Source: Malacoraja senta (taxonomy: Eukaryota). From it: DNA of 51,920 bases. Of the stretch, positions 20,251 to 33,853 are shown piece after piece (the stretch's first letter is position 1; each line of letters opens with the position of its first letter). The translations under genes and the position numbers were made by a program. Under the pieces are notes generated by a model. The model did no database searches, had not been told where the DNA came from, and was given only the letters and a program-made list of their open reading frames with translations. The stretch spans positions 124,001 to 175,920 of the forward strand of contig JAXLNO010000161.1 of NCBI GenBank assembly GCA_038087875.1. Reading direction: 5' to 3'.

Positions 20251-23200
20251 GTTCAGCACCATCAGGTCGGATGACTCGTACGGGTGGCGGGCAGTAGAAG
20301 CCAGCGGTGCGCGGGACAGCGTGTCGGCCACAAACATGTCCTTGCCCTTGCGGTACACGATCTGAAACGTAAAGCGTTGGAGTTGCAGCATCATACGCTG
20401 CAAACGGGAAGAGGCAACGTGAATCGGTTTGTTCAAGATCGTGACCAGCGGCTGGTGGTCGGTTTCGATAGTGAAGGTGTTACCCAGAATGTAGTCCTGA
20501 ACTTCGAGCAGGCGAACACCACGGCAAGGAGCTCCTTCTCGATCTGAGCGTAGCGTTGCTCGGTGGGAGTCATGGTGCGGGAGGCGTAGGAGACAGGTAG
20601 TTGCAGGCGGTCGTGGATCTGCAGGCAGGCGGCACCGAGACCGAAACTTGATGCATCGCAGGTAATGACGATAGGGCGCTTTAAGTCGAAGAACTTCAGA
20701 GTGGGGGTGCGAACCAGCCGGGATTTTAAGTCATCGAAGGCTGCCTGATGCAGCGGGTACCAAACCTAGGCAGTGTCCATCTTGGTCAGTTCCCTCAGGG
20801 GCGCACTCAGCTCGCTGAGGTCGGGAATAAATTTCCCCAGGTAGTTCATCATGCCCAGGAAGCGCTGCAGGCTTGGCACGTTGACCGGAGCTGGCATCTC
20901 TGAGACCGCAGCTGTCTTCTGTGGGTCTGGTTTCAGACCCTCAGCCGTAAAAACGTGGCCCACGTAGGTGACCTCCGGGACGCGGAAACGGCACTTCTTG
21001 GGGTTCAGTTTGAGGTTGATCTCCCGAGCCCGATCCAGGACCAGGCGGAGGTGGAGGTCGTGCTCAGCGACGTCCCTCCCGTACACCAAGATGTCATCGA
21101 CGATGATAGCACACGGCAGACCTGCAAATAGCTGTTCCATGGTGCGCTGGAAAACCTCGCTGGCAGAATTGATCCCGAAAAGCATGCGGAGGAAACGGAA
21201 CCTGCCGAAAGGTGCACCAAACGTGGTCAGTAAAGATGAACGTTCATCCAGCGGAATCTGCCAGAAAGAGTTCTTGGCATCGAGGACAGAGAATACAGTG
21301 GCTGGGCCAACCTTTGCAGCGACATCCTCCACCGTTCGCATGGGGTAGTGCGGGCGCTTGATGGCAAGGTTTAGGTCCTTGGGGTTGATACAGATCCGAA
21401 TCTCACTCTTGTCCTTCTTAGCAGCAACGACCATGGTGGAGACCCACCGGGTGGCATCACTCACCTCCTTGATGATGCCCATGGCCACCATCTGGCGTAG
21501 AGTGGACTCCACCTTGTCCTTCATAGCAAAGGAGACGCGGTGAGGCGGGCGGACTACCGGATGGACCTCCGGGTCCACCACGATTTCGTACTTGCAGGGT
21601 AGTTTGCCCAATACACCGTCAAAACGGTCGGGGTACTCGCGCATGCGATCCATGGGGGTCTGCACCGGGTGGATGTTGTGGTGGAAGGACACCAAACCGA
21701 GGTCCTGGCACGCACTGGTGCCCAACAGAGTAACATTCTCAGATTCCAGCAGATGGAAAGTGAGGGGCCGAGAGGCCTTCAGAACTGAGCAGATAAGGGT
21801 GGCCTTGCCGACTGGGAATAGCATGCTCCCCCCATATGCACGGAGGCGGGAGTGATCAGCGGTAATGTTCTCACCAGCTCTTATCTGCTGAAAAAGGCTT
21901 AACGACATAACATTCGTAAACGCCCCCGTGTCTACCTTAGCAGAGAAGGTCTTCCCATTCACAGTAACTCGAACTGATGGATCAGCTATCAAAGCATGTG
22001 CACCCAGGACTGAAAAAACAAGTGATTCATCATGGGAGGAGCTGTCATCAGAATCAGGGAGTTCGACTGGAAGGTATTCGGAGCCATAAACACTATCAGT
22101 AGCAGTCAGGTTGTGTAGACTCTTTCTCTGAGCAGAGACAGGCTGGCCCCTGGAACGGCACAATGCGGAGAAGTGATTAAGCTTCCTACACAAATTACAA
22201 GTCTTACCCAGAGCAGGGCAAACATCAAATTGATGATTGACAAAGTTGCAGTTTGGGCATCGGCGAGGGTTGACCCTCGCAGGCGCGGGAGTGCTACGCT
22301 GGCGTGGCGTGCCATCGCGCCGCGGGCGTCCAGCAGCACCGGCATAGTTAATGTCCTCAGCTTCAGGGGAGATACGGCGTCGACAGCAGCAGACATGCGA
22401 GAGGCATGCAAAGCGTCGTTTAAAGTGAGGTCCGGCTTTCTCAGAAGCTCAGCCCGTAGTTTCGCGTCCTGTAGACCGTGAACTAGGACATCTCTGACCA
22501 TCTGGTCGGGGGTCAACGTCTCCAGGTGGCAACGCCGGGCCAGGTGACGCAACGGTGCCACGAAGGTGTCGATGTGCTCCCCGGGTTTCTGGCGCATCCT
22601 GAAAAACTTGAACCGCTCTATAATGCAATTGGTGGGAATGTCACACAGCGCGGCAAATTTATTGATGAGACATACGGGGTCCTCTGCATGCTCACCATCG
22701 GCGTACCCAAAAGATTCAAAACGTTCCATGGCCTCCGGGCCAGCCAGGTTGAGGAGCAGATGTGCTGTAACCGCAGGGGTAATATTGGGATGAGCGATGG
22801 CGACATAGTGCTGGAAGTCGCGCCGGAAAATAGTCCACCGGTGGACGATGTCGCAGTCAAACACCAGAACGTCAGGCTTTCGACACGAGCTGGCCATAGT
22901 ACATAAATAGTTGGAAAGGAAAATAAACACTTGGAGAAAAGAAAACAAACCCGATGAACAGGAGACGCAGGGTTAACTTCTTGACACCATGTAAAGACTG
23001 TTCAAACACATAGTGTCTTCACTCTAGTTTATTGCATACATTGTATCCGTATACACACATATTGCCCCTAGCTGTTCGTGGTCCGTTACCGGAGCTAGAG
23101 AGCGAGCTAGGGGTGGGAAGGTTACATTTATACTAAAGCTAATGGGGAGTGGTTAGTAGTAGTGAGGTCATTATGTTAAAGGAACATGCACGGCTCTACA
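20251..23200 (-). mobile_element. Partial duplicate of Gypsy family A (5' LTR 22990-23200, gag, PR, RT, RNase H; integrase and 3' LTR absent)
   Basis: Near-identical to 7219-10171 with the same AGACT flank. Protease VDTGA is intact. Own lesions: -1 near 22366, stop at 20766, -1 near 20495. Confidence 0.95.
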
Positions 23201-23392
23201 AGACTCAGACACAGAGAGTGAGAGAGAGAGACAGACAGACAGAGAGGGTCAGAGAAAGAGTCAGAGAGAGACAGTGAGAGACAGAGTGAAATAGAAAAAG
23301 AGGGAGAGAAAGAGGGAGAGAATGAGAGAGAGAGAGACAGAGAGAGTGAGATACAGAGAGTGGGACAGAGAGAGTGGGACAGAGAGAGAGAG

Positions 23393-23454
<62 letters not shown>

Positions 23455-23473
23455 GGAGACAGAGAGAGGCAGC

Positions 23474-23515
<42 letters not shown>

Positions 23516-24165
23516 AAGAGCGAGAGACTCAGAAAGAGAGAGACAGACCTACTCATGGCCTCTGGACTCACTCACTGCCTTGGGACTAACTCGTGGTCTC
23601 TGGACTGACTCACTCACTCAATCATGGCATCTGGACTGACAGACTGAATCACTGCTTGTGGACTGACTGACGTATGCCCGACTTCTGGAGTCACGTCCGA
23701 CTTTTGTAAACTGAAAACTGTAACATCCACATTGAGGAACAGCTTCTTCCTGACATCCATCAGGCTATTAAACATAACAAATAAGCTCTGAACTACAAAA
23801 GACTATATTCTTCGTACTATTTGTTATTTGTTGATCACACACACACCCTCCACCACACACAGACACTCACACACACAGACACACACACTCACACACAGAC
23901 TCACACCCACACTCACACACACACACAAACACACACAGACTCCCACACACATATATATACACACACACACAGACACACACACAGACACAGACTCTCACGC
24001 ACACACACATACACACACACACAGACTCACACACACACACACAAACCCTCAGACACACACACACACAGACTCACACACACAGACCCTCAGAGACACACAC
24101 ACATACACACTCACACACGGACACACAGACACAGACTCTCACGCACACACATAAACACCCACACA

Positions 24166-24244
<79 letters not shown>

Positions 24245-24245
<1 letters not shown>

Positions 24246-25188
24246 GGGAGGGTGCACGGCAGTCGGGTCACGACCCATGACCCGTACTGTTGCTATGCTG
24301 CGCCAACTGGAGTACACGCGATGAACTGCAGGTAAGCACTGACCATTGTTTCCAGCGTAGCGGGCCCATGGTTCTCAAGTGGGTTTTTACATGCAAAAAG
24401 CAAACACTTCTGAAGTTAAATATATCATTAAAAAAAACTCCAGACTTGCGAGTGGTGTGTAGAAAAGTAAGTTTTCTATCATTATGCTATTAAGATGTAT
24501 ATTTTGGCAAATAATAAAATGTTCTGACAGCTTAAACACCCATTTCCTTTCAATAGGATGTTGTCAATTTGCTGAGGTTGATTATGTCCAATTAACAGCT
24601 AACAATTATGCCATTCCTTGACTTGCATCTGAGTAAAATGTAATTCAAAACCCACGTACGGTTTGCGTTTTTTTTAATGACAAATTTTGCTTCAGAGGCG
24701 TTTTATTTTTGTATGTAAAAACCCACTTGAGAACCATGGGCGATTTTAAAATTTTACAGCCAGATTTATCAGTTCTGAAACTTTTTAGATGCCAAAGGAA
24801 TAAAGAAAAAACAGAAATAATGCCTTACTGTTGATGAAATGCCGTGAGCAAACGAGATAATTCCCAATATTTTCAATCTCGATATCTGCACGGCCAATGT
24901 CCGCCAATCACTTTAGCTGTTGTTGTCCCTTCAGCTCTCTCTTCTATCTACCATTATTTCTCCTCAGTTTGGGAATTCTGAAGTAGGATAAATGTCTCTC
25001 ACGCTTACCCCGGTTTCCATAATTATTTACAGCGCAAAAATTGACCATTTCGGCGGGTTTTAACAGGTAGGAAAATACGCGTTTCGTGTATTAACAACAT
25101 ATACAGGAAGCTGCGATGTCCTCCAGATGGATTGAGCGAGTCCATGCGTCAAGCCCTTTGACCTGGTGACCTTACGTGCAACCCCCCT
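24245..25188. mobile_element. Duplicate of the 944-bp TIR element
   Basis: Near-identical to 11181-12124. Confidence 0.65.
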
Positions 25189-25217
25189 ATACACACACAC
25201 AGACTCTCAGACACGCA

Positions 25218-25258
<41 letters not shown>

Positions 25259-25368
25259 GCACACACAGACAGACTCACACTCACACAGACACACACACAC
25301 TCACTCACAGACTCAAACACACACAATCACTCACACACAGATTCACACACACAGAATCACACACACAG

Positions 25369-25408
<40 letters not shown>

Positions 25409-26148
25409 ACACACACACACACAGACTCACACACACACAGACTCGCACACACTCACACACAGACACTCACTCACACACATACAGACACACTCACAGACTC
25501 ACACACACAGACACAGACTCACTCACACACTCACTCACAAACACACACAACCAATAGCAAAATGCCAAGTAACTTCAGAACGTGGTGAACATACAGTGTG
25601 TAAACCGAATGATTCAAACGTTTAAAGCCTCCTGTAGAGGCTGCTGCTGCTGAAGCAAAACGTGCTTTAAATAACGTCCAACAAACACACTCTCCATAGA
25701 CAGAGCAGTCAGCTCTTGAATTATTCAACGGCGTCTTCAGTCAGCGCCATCTTGCCACGAACCGGAAATGACGCACTCGGCGCCATCTTGCCCCTCACAG
25801 GAAATGACTTCATCGGTGCCATTTTGCCACTAAGCGGGACACGGAATGAGCGCTAATTTTGCAATTAAACACAGTCCTGATCTAATAAAATGTTTATTTA
25901 CGCTTTATCTATCCGAAAACTGTTGCAAGCATTTTAAAAGCCAAGACAATTTGGCAAACACTTTACAACCAATACATTTTCTACACACATACACACGCGC
26001 ACGCACGCACGCACGCGCCCACCCGCCCACCCGCCCACCCGCCCACCCGCCCACGCACACGCACACGCACACGCACACGCACACGCACACGCACACGCGC
26101 ACGCGCACGCGCACGCGCACGCGCACATGCACACGCACACGCACACGC

Positions 26149-26219
<71 letters not shown>

Positions 26220-27209
26220 ACCAATACTAAAATGCCAAGTAACTTCAGAAAGTGGTAAACATACGGTGTGTAAACCGAATGATTCAAACGTTTAAAGCCT
26301 ACTGTAGAGGCTGCTGCTGCTGAAGCAAAAACGTGCTTTAAAGAATGTCCAACAAACACACTCACCATAGACAGGGCAGTAAGTGGACTGTCCTCCCTAC
26401 GTGATGTTAACAGTAGAACAGTAGAACAGCAGAGGACAGAATTCTCTTGAATTATTCAACGACGGCTTCACTGTGCCTTCTGCAGTCAGCGGCATCTTGC
26501 CACGAACTTCAAAAACCGCACTCAGTGCCATCTTGCCGCTAACCGGAAATGACGTCATCGGCGCCATCTTGCCACTAAGCGGATGTTACGGAATCAGCGC
26601 CAATTATGCAAATAAACCCAGTCCTGATCTAATAAAATGTTTATTCACGCTTACCCACCCGAAAACTGTGGCAACGATTTTAAAAACCAAGACAGACAAT
26701 TTGGCAAACACTTTACAACCAATCCATTTTCTGAAAACTTTTTAAAAGCCAAGACAATTTGGCAAACAATTTACAACCAATCCATTTTCTGAAAACTTTT
26801 CAAAGGCCAAGACAATTTGGCAAACACTTTACAACCAATCCTTTTTCTGAAAACGTTTTAAAAGCCGAGGCAATTTGGCAAACACTTTACAACCAATCCA
26901 TTTTCTGAAAACGTTTTTCGAAGCCAAGGCAATTTGGCAAACACTTTACAACCAATCCATTTTCTGAAAACTTTCAAAAAGCCAAGACAATTTGGCAAAC
27001 ACTTTACAACAAATCCTTTTTATGAAAACTTTTAAAAAGCCAAGGCAATTTGGCAAACACTTTACAAACAATCCTTTTTTCTGAAAACTTTTTAAAAGCC
27101 AAGACATTTTGGCAAACTTTACAACCAATCCATTTTCTGAAAACGTTTTAACAGTCAAGGCAATTTGGCAAACACTTTACAACCAATCCTTTTTCTGCAA
27201 ACATATACA

Positions 27210-27290
<81 letters not shown>

Positions 27291-27305
27291 GCACACACAC
27301 ACACG

Positions 27306-27336
<31 letters not shown>

Positions 27337-27420
27337 ACGCACGCGCACGCGCCCGCGCACGCGCACACGCACACGCACACGCACACGCACACGCACACGC
27401 ACACGCACACGCACACACAC

Positions 27421-28127
27421 GTTTCTCCTCATCTCCGTTCTAAATGTCCGACCCCTTATTCTAAAACTGTGTGTGGCCCCCGGTTCTGGACTCCCCCAAC
27501 ATCGGGAACATGTTTCCTGCCTCTAGCATGTCCAAACCCTTAATAATCTTATATGTTTCAATAAGATCCCCTCTCATCCATCTAAACTCTAGAGTGTACA
27601 AGCCCAGCCGCTCCATTCTCTCAGCATATGACAGTCCCGCCATCCCGGGAATTAACCTGGTGAACCTACGCTGGGCTCCCTCAATAGCAAGAATGTCCTT
27701 CCTCAAATTTGGAGACCAAAACTGCACACAATACTCCAGGTGTGGTCTCACCAGACCCCTGTACAACTGCAGAAGGACCTCTTTGCTCCGATACTCAACT
27801 CCTCTTGTTATGAAGGCCAACATGCCATTGGTTTTCTTCAATGCCTGCTGTACCTGCATGCTTACTTTCAGTGACAGATCTACAAGGACCCCAGAGAGTT
27901 GTGAGTCTGTGGAATTCTCTGCCTCAGAGGGCAGTGTAGGCCGGTTCTCTGGATACTTTCAAGAAAGGGTTAGATAGGGCTCTTTAAGATAACGGAGTCA
28001 GGGGATATGGGGAGAAGGCAAGAACGGTTTACTGATTGTGGATGATCAGCCGTGATCACATTAAAAGGTGGTGCTGGCTCGAAGGGCCGAATGGCCTACT
28101 CCTGCACCTGTTTTCTATTGTCTATTG
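27421..28127 (+). mobile_element. Duplicate of the 5'-inverted CR1 fragment
   Basis: Near-identical to 14281-14988, with the inversion junction at ~27891. Confidence 0.88.
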
Positions 28128-28367
28128 GAAGGGGGGTAGGGTAGGGGAGGGGTGTCGGGTAGGGGAGGAGAAACGTAGAGGTGATAGAATTGGAGGACGT
28201 TCCTTTAGGAAGGAGATGGGGATGAATTTATTTTTCAGGTGCTGGTAAATCGAGGGTGTGTGGGTGAAGGGGAGGGGAGGGAGTGTAAGGGACGGGAGAG
28301 GGATCGTAGAGTAGTGGGGGTGCGGAGGAGTGCGCGGGGGAGGGGGAGGGATTGATGGAGGAATCAC

Positions 28368-28508
28368 CTGCGAAGATTTGGAAGATGGACGTCAAGTAGA
28401 AGAGGCTTCCTCGATGGAGGGTGAAGAGCTGGCAGAGGAAGATCCCGAGGGAAAGGGTAGTGAAGAGGGAGGCCGTGACCATCGAGCCTTGAACTGCGGA
28501 CAGCCACT
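28368..28508 (-). CDS. Second copy of the 141-bp PMP22/EMP-family exon
   Basis: Identical to 15229-15369, with the same intact acceptor (CCGTAG) and donor (GTGATT). Confidence 0.88.
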
Positions 28509-29833
28509 CTACGGAGAGAGGAGGGAGAAAGGGGGAAGAGAGAAGATGTAAAAATTAATTCAGTTCAGACGATGACTCCACGTCTTAAAGGAAGACTCAA
28601 ATACTCAAGTGTCTCCAATGCTGTTTCTCCTCCCCTTCTCCCTCCTCTCTCCTCCTCCGCTCTCCTCCCCTCTCCCCTCTCCTCCCCTCTCCTCTCCGCT
28701 CCTCCCGTCTCCTCTCCTCCCCTCTCAGCTCTTCCTCTCCCCTCCCCATTCTCCTCTCCTCTCCTCTCCTCTCCTCTCCTCTCCTCTCCTCTCCACTCCT
28801 CTCCTCTCCTCTCCTCTCCTCTCCTCTCCTCCCATTCCCTCTCCTCTCCTCTGCCCTCTCCTCCCCTCTCATCTGCTCCCCTCTCCTCTCCCCTCTCCTC
28901 CCATCTCCTCTCCTCTTCTCTCAGAGGCCCGAGAGCCGTTGGAGAGGTCGCAGAGGGAGGAGCTACACCCGAGCGGTAGGAGTTAAAAAGGAGCGCGGGG
29001 CTTGTTCCTTACAGAGGCCCGAGAGCCGTTGGAGAGGTCGCAGAGGGAGGAGCTACACCCGAGCGGTAGGAGTTAAAAAGGAGCGCGGGGCTTGTTCCTT
29101 ACAGAGGCCCGAGAGCCGTTGGAGAGGTCGCAGAGGGAGGAGCTGCACCCGAGCGGTAGGAGTTAAAAAAGGAGCGCGGGGCTTGTTCCTTACAGAGGCC
29201 CGAGAGCCGTTGGAGAGGTCGCAGAGGGAGGAGCTACACCCGAGCGGTAGAAGTTAAAAAGGAGCGCGGGGCTTGTTCCTTACAGAGGCCCGAGAGCCGT
29301 TGGAGAGGTCGCAGAGGGAGGAGCTACACCCGAGCGGTAGGAGTTAAAAAGGAGCGCGGGGCTTGTTCCTTACAGAGGCCCGAGAGCCGTTGGAGAGGTC
29401 GCAGAGGGAGGAGCTACACCCGACCGGTAGGAGTTAAAAAGAAGCGCGGCCCGAGAGCCGTTGGGGAGGTCGCAGAGGGAGGAGCTACACCCGAGCGGTA
29501 GGAGTTAAAAAGAAGCGCGGGGCTTGTACCTTACAGAGGCCCGAGAGCCGTTGGAGAGGTCGCAGAGGGAGGAGCTACACCCGAGCGGTAGGAGTTAAAA
29601 AGGAGTACCTAAATCTGTAAAGTTCCAAGTTCCACTTCAAAAACAAGTGGGTTTGAGGAAGCCGCTGATTGGTGGAAGCAGACAAGAGGGAGCAGCTGAT
29701 TGGGAGTCAGATCCCTGCTGATTGTACTGTATTCTAGCAGTTTGTTTTGTATTCTAGCAGTTTGTTTTGTATTCTAGCAGTTTGTTTTGTATTCTAGCAG
29801 TTTGTTTTGTATTCTATCCAGGGTAAGGGGAGT

Positions 29834-30770
29834 ATGAGGGCCAGGGCAGTTTACTGTTCTGGATGTCAGATGTGGGAAGTCATGGAGTCTGATAGCCCTC
29901 CAGACGTCCACATCTGCGCCAGGTGTATCGAGATGGGGCTCCTAATGGACCGTATTAGGAACCTGGAGCAGCAGCTCGATGACCTCCGTCTGGTCAGGGA
30001 GAGCGAGGAAGTCATTGAGAGGAGTTACAGGGATGTGGTCACTCCAACATCACAGGAGGCAGGCAAGTGGATCATGGTTGGGAGAGGCAAGGGGCACAGG
30101 CAGGGACTAGAGAGTACCCCGGTGGCTGTACACCTTGACAATAAGTACTCCTGTTTGAGCACTGTTGGTGTGGACAGCCTACCTGGGGGTAGCGACAGCG
30201 GCCGGGCCTCCGGTATAGAGACCGGTCCTGTTGCTCAGAAGGGTAAGGAAAAGAAGAGGAGGGCAATACTAATAGGGGACTCTATAGTTAGGGGGTCAGA
30301 CAGGCGATTCTGTGGATGCAGTCGGGAGACCCGGATGGTGGTTTGCCTCCCTGGTGCCAGGGTCTGTGATGTGTCTCAACGTGTCCAAGATATCCTGAAA
30401 GGGCAGGGAGAGGAGCCCGAGGTCGTGATACATATCGGTACCAATGACATAGGTAAAAAAAAGAGAAGAGGTCCTGAAAGGAGAATTTAGGGAGTTAGGA
30501 GGGGAGTTAAAGAGAAGGACAGCAAAGGTAACAATCTCGGGATTACTGCCTGTGCCACGCGACAGTGAGAGTAGGAATGGAGCGAGGTGGAGGATAAATG
30601 CGTGGCTGAAGGACTGGTGCAGAAGGCAGGGATTCAAATTTCTGGATCATTGGGACCTCTTTTGTGGAAGGTTCGACCTGTACAAAAAGGATGGGTTGCA
30701 CTTGAACCTGAGGGGGACCGATATCCTGGCGGGGAGATCTGCAATTGCTACTGGGAAGACTTAAAACTAG
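29834..30770 (+). pseudogene. CR1 ORF1 (esterase-containing), frameshifted
   Basis: Same motifs as copy 1. Has +1 in the A-run near 30460 and a TAA just before the ancestral stop. Confidence 0.87.
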
Positions 30771-30948
30771 AATGGTTGGGGGGAGGGACTCAAATAGAGA
30801 ATGCTATTAGACAGTGTGTGAGCCAGGAGGCAGAGAAGGAAAGCACTCAGACCCAACATGTAGGGGGGAAGAAGAAAGCAATAATAAACAGAGAATAAGA
30901 GGTGGTGGGGTTCTTAAATGGGTGAGCAGAGAAACAGAGGGGTGTAAA

Positions 30949-33853
30949 ATGCGAGCGGAAGCAATAGGTAGCAAGGTGAAAAGTAAAAGTGGCAGGCAGA
31001 CAAATCCACGGCAAAAATCAAAAAGAGCCACTTTTCAACATAATTGTATAAGGGGTAAGAGCGTTGTAAAAACAAGCCTGAAGGCTTTGTGTCTCAATGC
31101 AAGGAGCATTCGTAATAAGGTGGATGAGTTGAACGTGCAGATAGCAATTAATAATTATGATATAGTTGGGATCACGGAGACATGGCTCCAGGGTGACCAA
31201 GGCTGGGAGCTGAACATCCAGGGATATTCAATATTCAGGAGGGATAGAGAGAAAGGAAAAGGAGATGGGGTAGCGATGCTGGTTAGAGAGGAGATTAACG
31301 CAGTGGAAAGGAAGGACATTAGCTTGGAGGATGTGGAATCGGTATGGGTAGAGCTGCGAAACACTAAGGGGCAGAAAACGCTGGTGGGTGTTGTGTACAG
31401 GCCACCTAGCAGTAGTAGTGAAGTTGGGGATGGCATCAAACAGGAAATTAGAAATGCGTGCAACAAAGGCAAAACAGTTGTAATGGGTGACTTCAATCTA
31501 CATATAGATTGGGTGAATCAAATTGGCAGGGGTGCTGAGGAAGAGGATTTCTTGGAATGTATGAGGGATAGTTATCTAAACCAACATGTAGAGGAACCAA
31601 CGAGAGAGCAGGCTATTCTAGACTGGGAATTGAGTAATGAGGAAGGGTTAGTTAGCAGACTTGTTGTGCGTGCCCCCTTGGGCAAGAGTGACCATAATAT
31701 GGTTGAGTTCTTCATTAGGATGGAGAGTGACATTGTTAATTCAGAAACAACGGTTCTGAACTTAAAGAAAGGTAACTTTGAGGGTATGAGACGTGAATTG
31801 GCCAAGATTTACTGGCAATTAGTTCTAAAAGGGTTGACGGTGGATATGCAATGGAAGGCATTTAAAGACTGCATGGATGAACTACAAAAATTGTTCATCC
31901 CAGTTTGGCAAAAGAATAAATCAGGGAAGGTAGTGCATCCGTGGATAACAAGGGAAATCAGGGATAGTATCAAAGCAAAAGATGATGCGTACAAATTAGC
32001 CAGAAAAAGCAGCATACCAGAGGACTGGGAGAAATTCAGAGACCAGCAGAGGAGGACAAAGGGCTTAAATAGGAAAGGGAAAATAGATTATGAAAGGAAA
32101 CTGGCAGGGAACATAAAAACTGACTGCCAACGTTTTTATAGATATTGGAAGAGAAAGAGATTAGTTAAAACAAATGTAGGTCCCTTGCAGTCAGAAACAG
32201 GTGAATTGATCATGGGGAACAAGGATATGGCGGACCAATTGAATAACTACTTTGGTTCCGTCTTCAATAAGGAAGACATAAATAATCTGCCGGAAATAGC
32301 AGGGGGCCGCGGGTCAAAGGAGATGGTGGAACTGAGTGAAATCCAGGTTAGTCGGGAAGTGGTGTTGGCTAAATTGAATGGATTAAAGGCCGATAAATCA
32401 CCAGGGCCAGATAGGCTGCATCCCAGAGTACTTAAGGAAATAGCTCCAGAAATAGTGGATGCATTAATCGTAATTTTTCAAAACTCTTTATATTCTGGAG
32501 TAGTTCCTGAGGATTGGAGGGTAGCAAACGTAACTCCACTTTTTAGGAAGGGAGGGAGAGAGAAAACGGGGAATTACAGACCAGTTAGTCTAACATCGGT
32601 AGTGGGGAAACTGCTAGACTCAGTTATTAAAGATGTGATAGTAGCACATTTGGAAAGTGGTGAAATCATTGGACAAAGTCAGCATGGATTTACGAAAGGT
32701 AAATCGTGTCTGACGAATCTTATAGAATTTTTCGAGGATGTAACTAGTAGAGTGGATAGTGGAGAACCATTGGATGTGTTGTATCTGGACTTTCAGAAGG
32801 CTTTCGACAAGGTACCACATAAGATATTAGGATACAATCTTAAATCACACGGTATTGGGGGTTCATTATTGATGTGGATAGAGAACTGGCTGGCAAACAG
32901 GAAGCAAAGAGTAGGAATAAACGGGTCCTTTTCACATTGGCAGGCAGTGACTAGTGGGGTACCGCAAGGCTCAGTGCTGGGACCCCAGCTATTTACAATT
33001 TATATTAATGATCTGGACGAGCGAATTGAAAGCAACGTCTCCAAATTTGCGGATGACACTAAGCTGGGGGGCAGTGTTAGCTGTGAGGAGGATGCTAGGA
33101 GACTGGTATATTTGGCAGATGCAGTATAATGTGGATAAATGTGAGGTTATCCACTTTGGTGGCAAAAACGGGAAGGCAGACTATTATCTAAATGGTGGCC
33201 GATTAGGAAATGGGGAGATGCAGCGAGACCTGGGTGTCATGGTACACCAGTCATTGAAAGTAGGCATGCAGGTGCAGCAGGCAGGGAAGAAAGCGAATGG
33301 TATGTTTGCCTTCATAGCAAGAGGATTTGAGTATAGGGGCAGGGAGGTTCTACTGCAGTTGTACAGGGTCTTGGTGAGACTACACCTGGAGTATTGCGTA
33401 CAGTTTTGGTCTCCAAATCTGAGGAAGGACATTATAGCCATAGAGGGAGTGCAGAGAAGGTTCACCAGACTGATTCCTGGGATGTCAGGACTTTCACATG
33501 AAGAAAGATTCGATAGACTTGGCTTATACTCGCTAGAATTTAGGAGATTGAGAGGGGATCTTATAGAAAAGTACAAAATTCTTATGGGGTTGGACAGGCT
33601 AGAGGCAGGAAGATTGTTCCCGATGTTGGGGATGTCCAGGACAAGGGGTCACAGCTTAAGGATAAGGGGGAAATCCTTTAAGACCGAGATGAGGAAAAAC
33701 GTTTTCACACAGAGAGTGGTGAATGTCTGGAACTCTCTGCCACAAAGGGTAGTTGAGGCCAGTTCATTGGCTATATTTAAGAGGGAGTTAGATGTGGCCC
33801 TTGTGGCTAAAGGGATCAGGGGGTATGGAGAGAAGGCAGGTACGGGATACTGA
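30949..33853 (+). pseudogene. CR1 ORF2 (APE plus RT), one frameshifting deletion
   Basis: Open from APE through [10 protein letters not shown] net ~32-bp deletion near 33106 relative to the copy at 46135-48750 shifts the frame. The C-terminus is GYGEKAGTGY*. Confidence 0.93.

Larger units (their letters stand above)
20251..32996. repeat. Tandem segmental duplication, copy 2 (~12.7 kb)
   Basis: Begins GTTCAGCACCATCAGG (=7219) and ends CCCCAGCTATTTAC (=20250). Confidence 0.93.

Noticed and set aside
19613..20436. CR1-Gypsy fusion ORFs across the duplication junction
   Set aside because: Each reads into the antisense strand of the other element and soon stops. The RT is cut before its catalytic DD motif.
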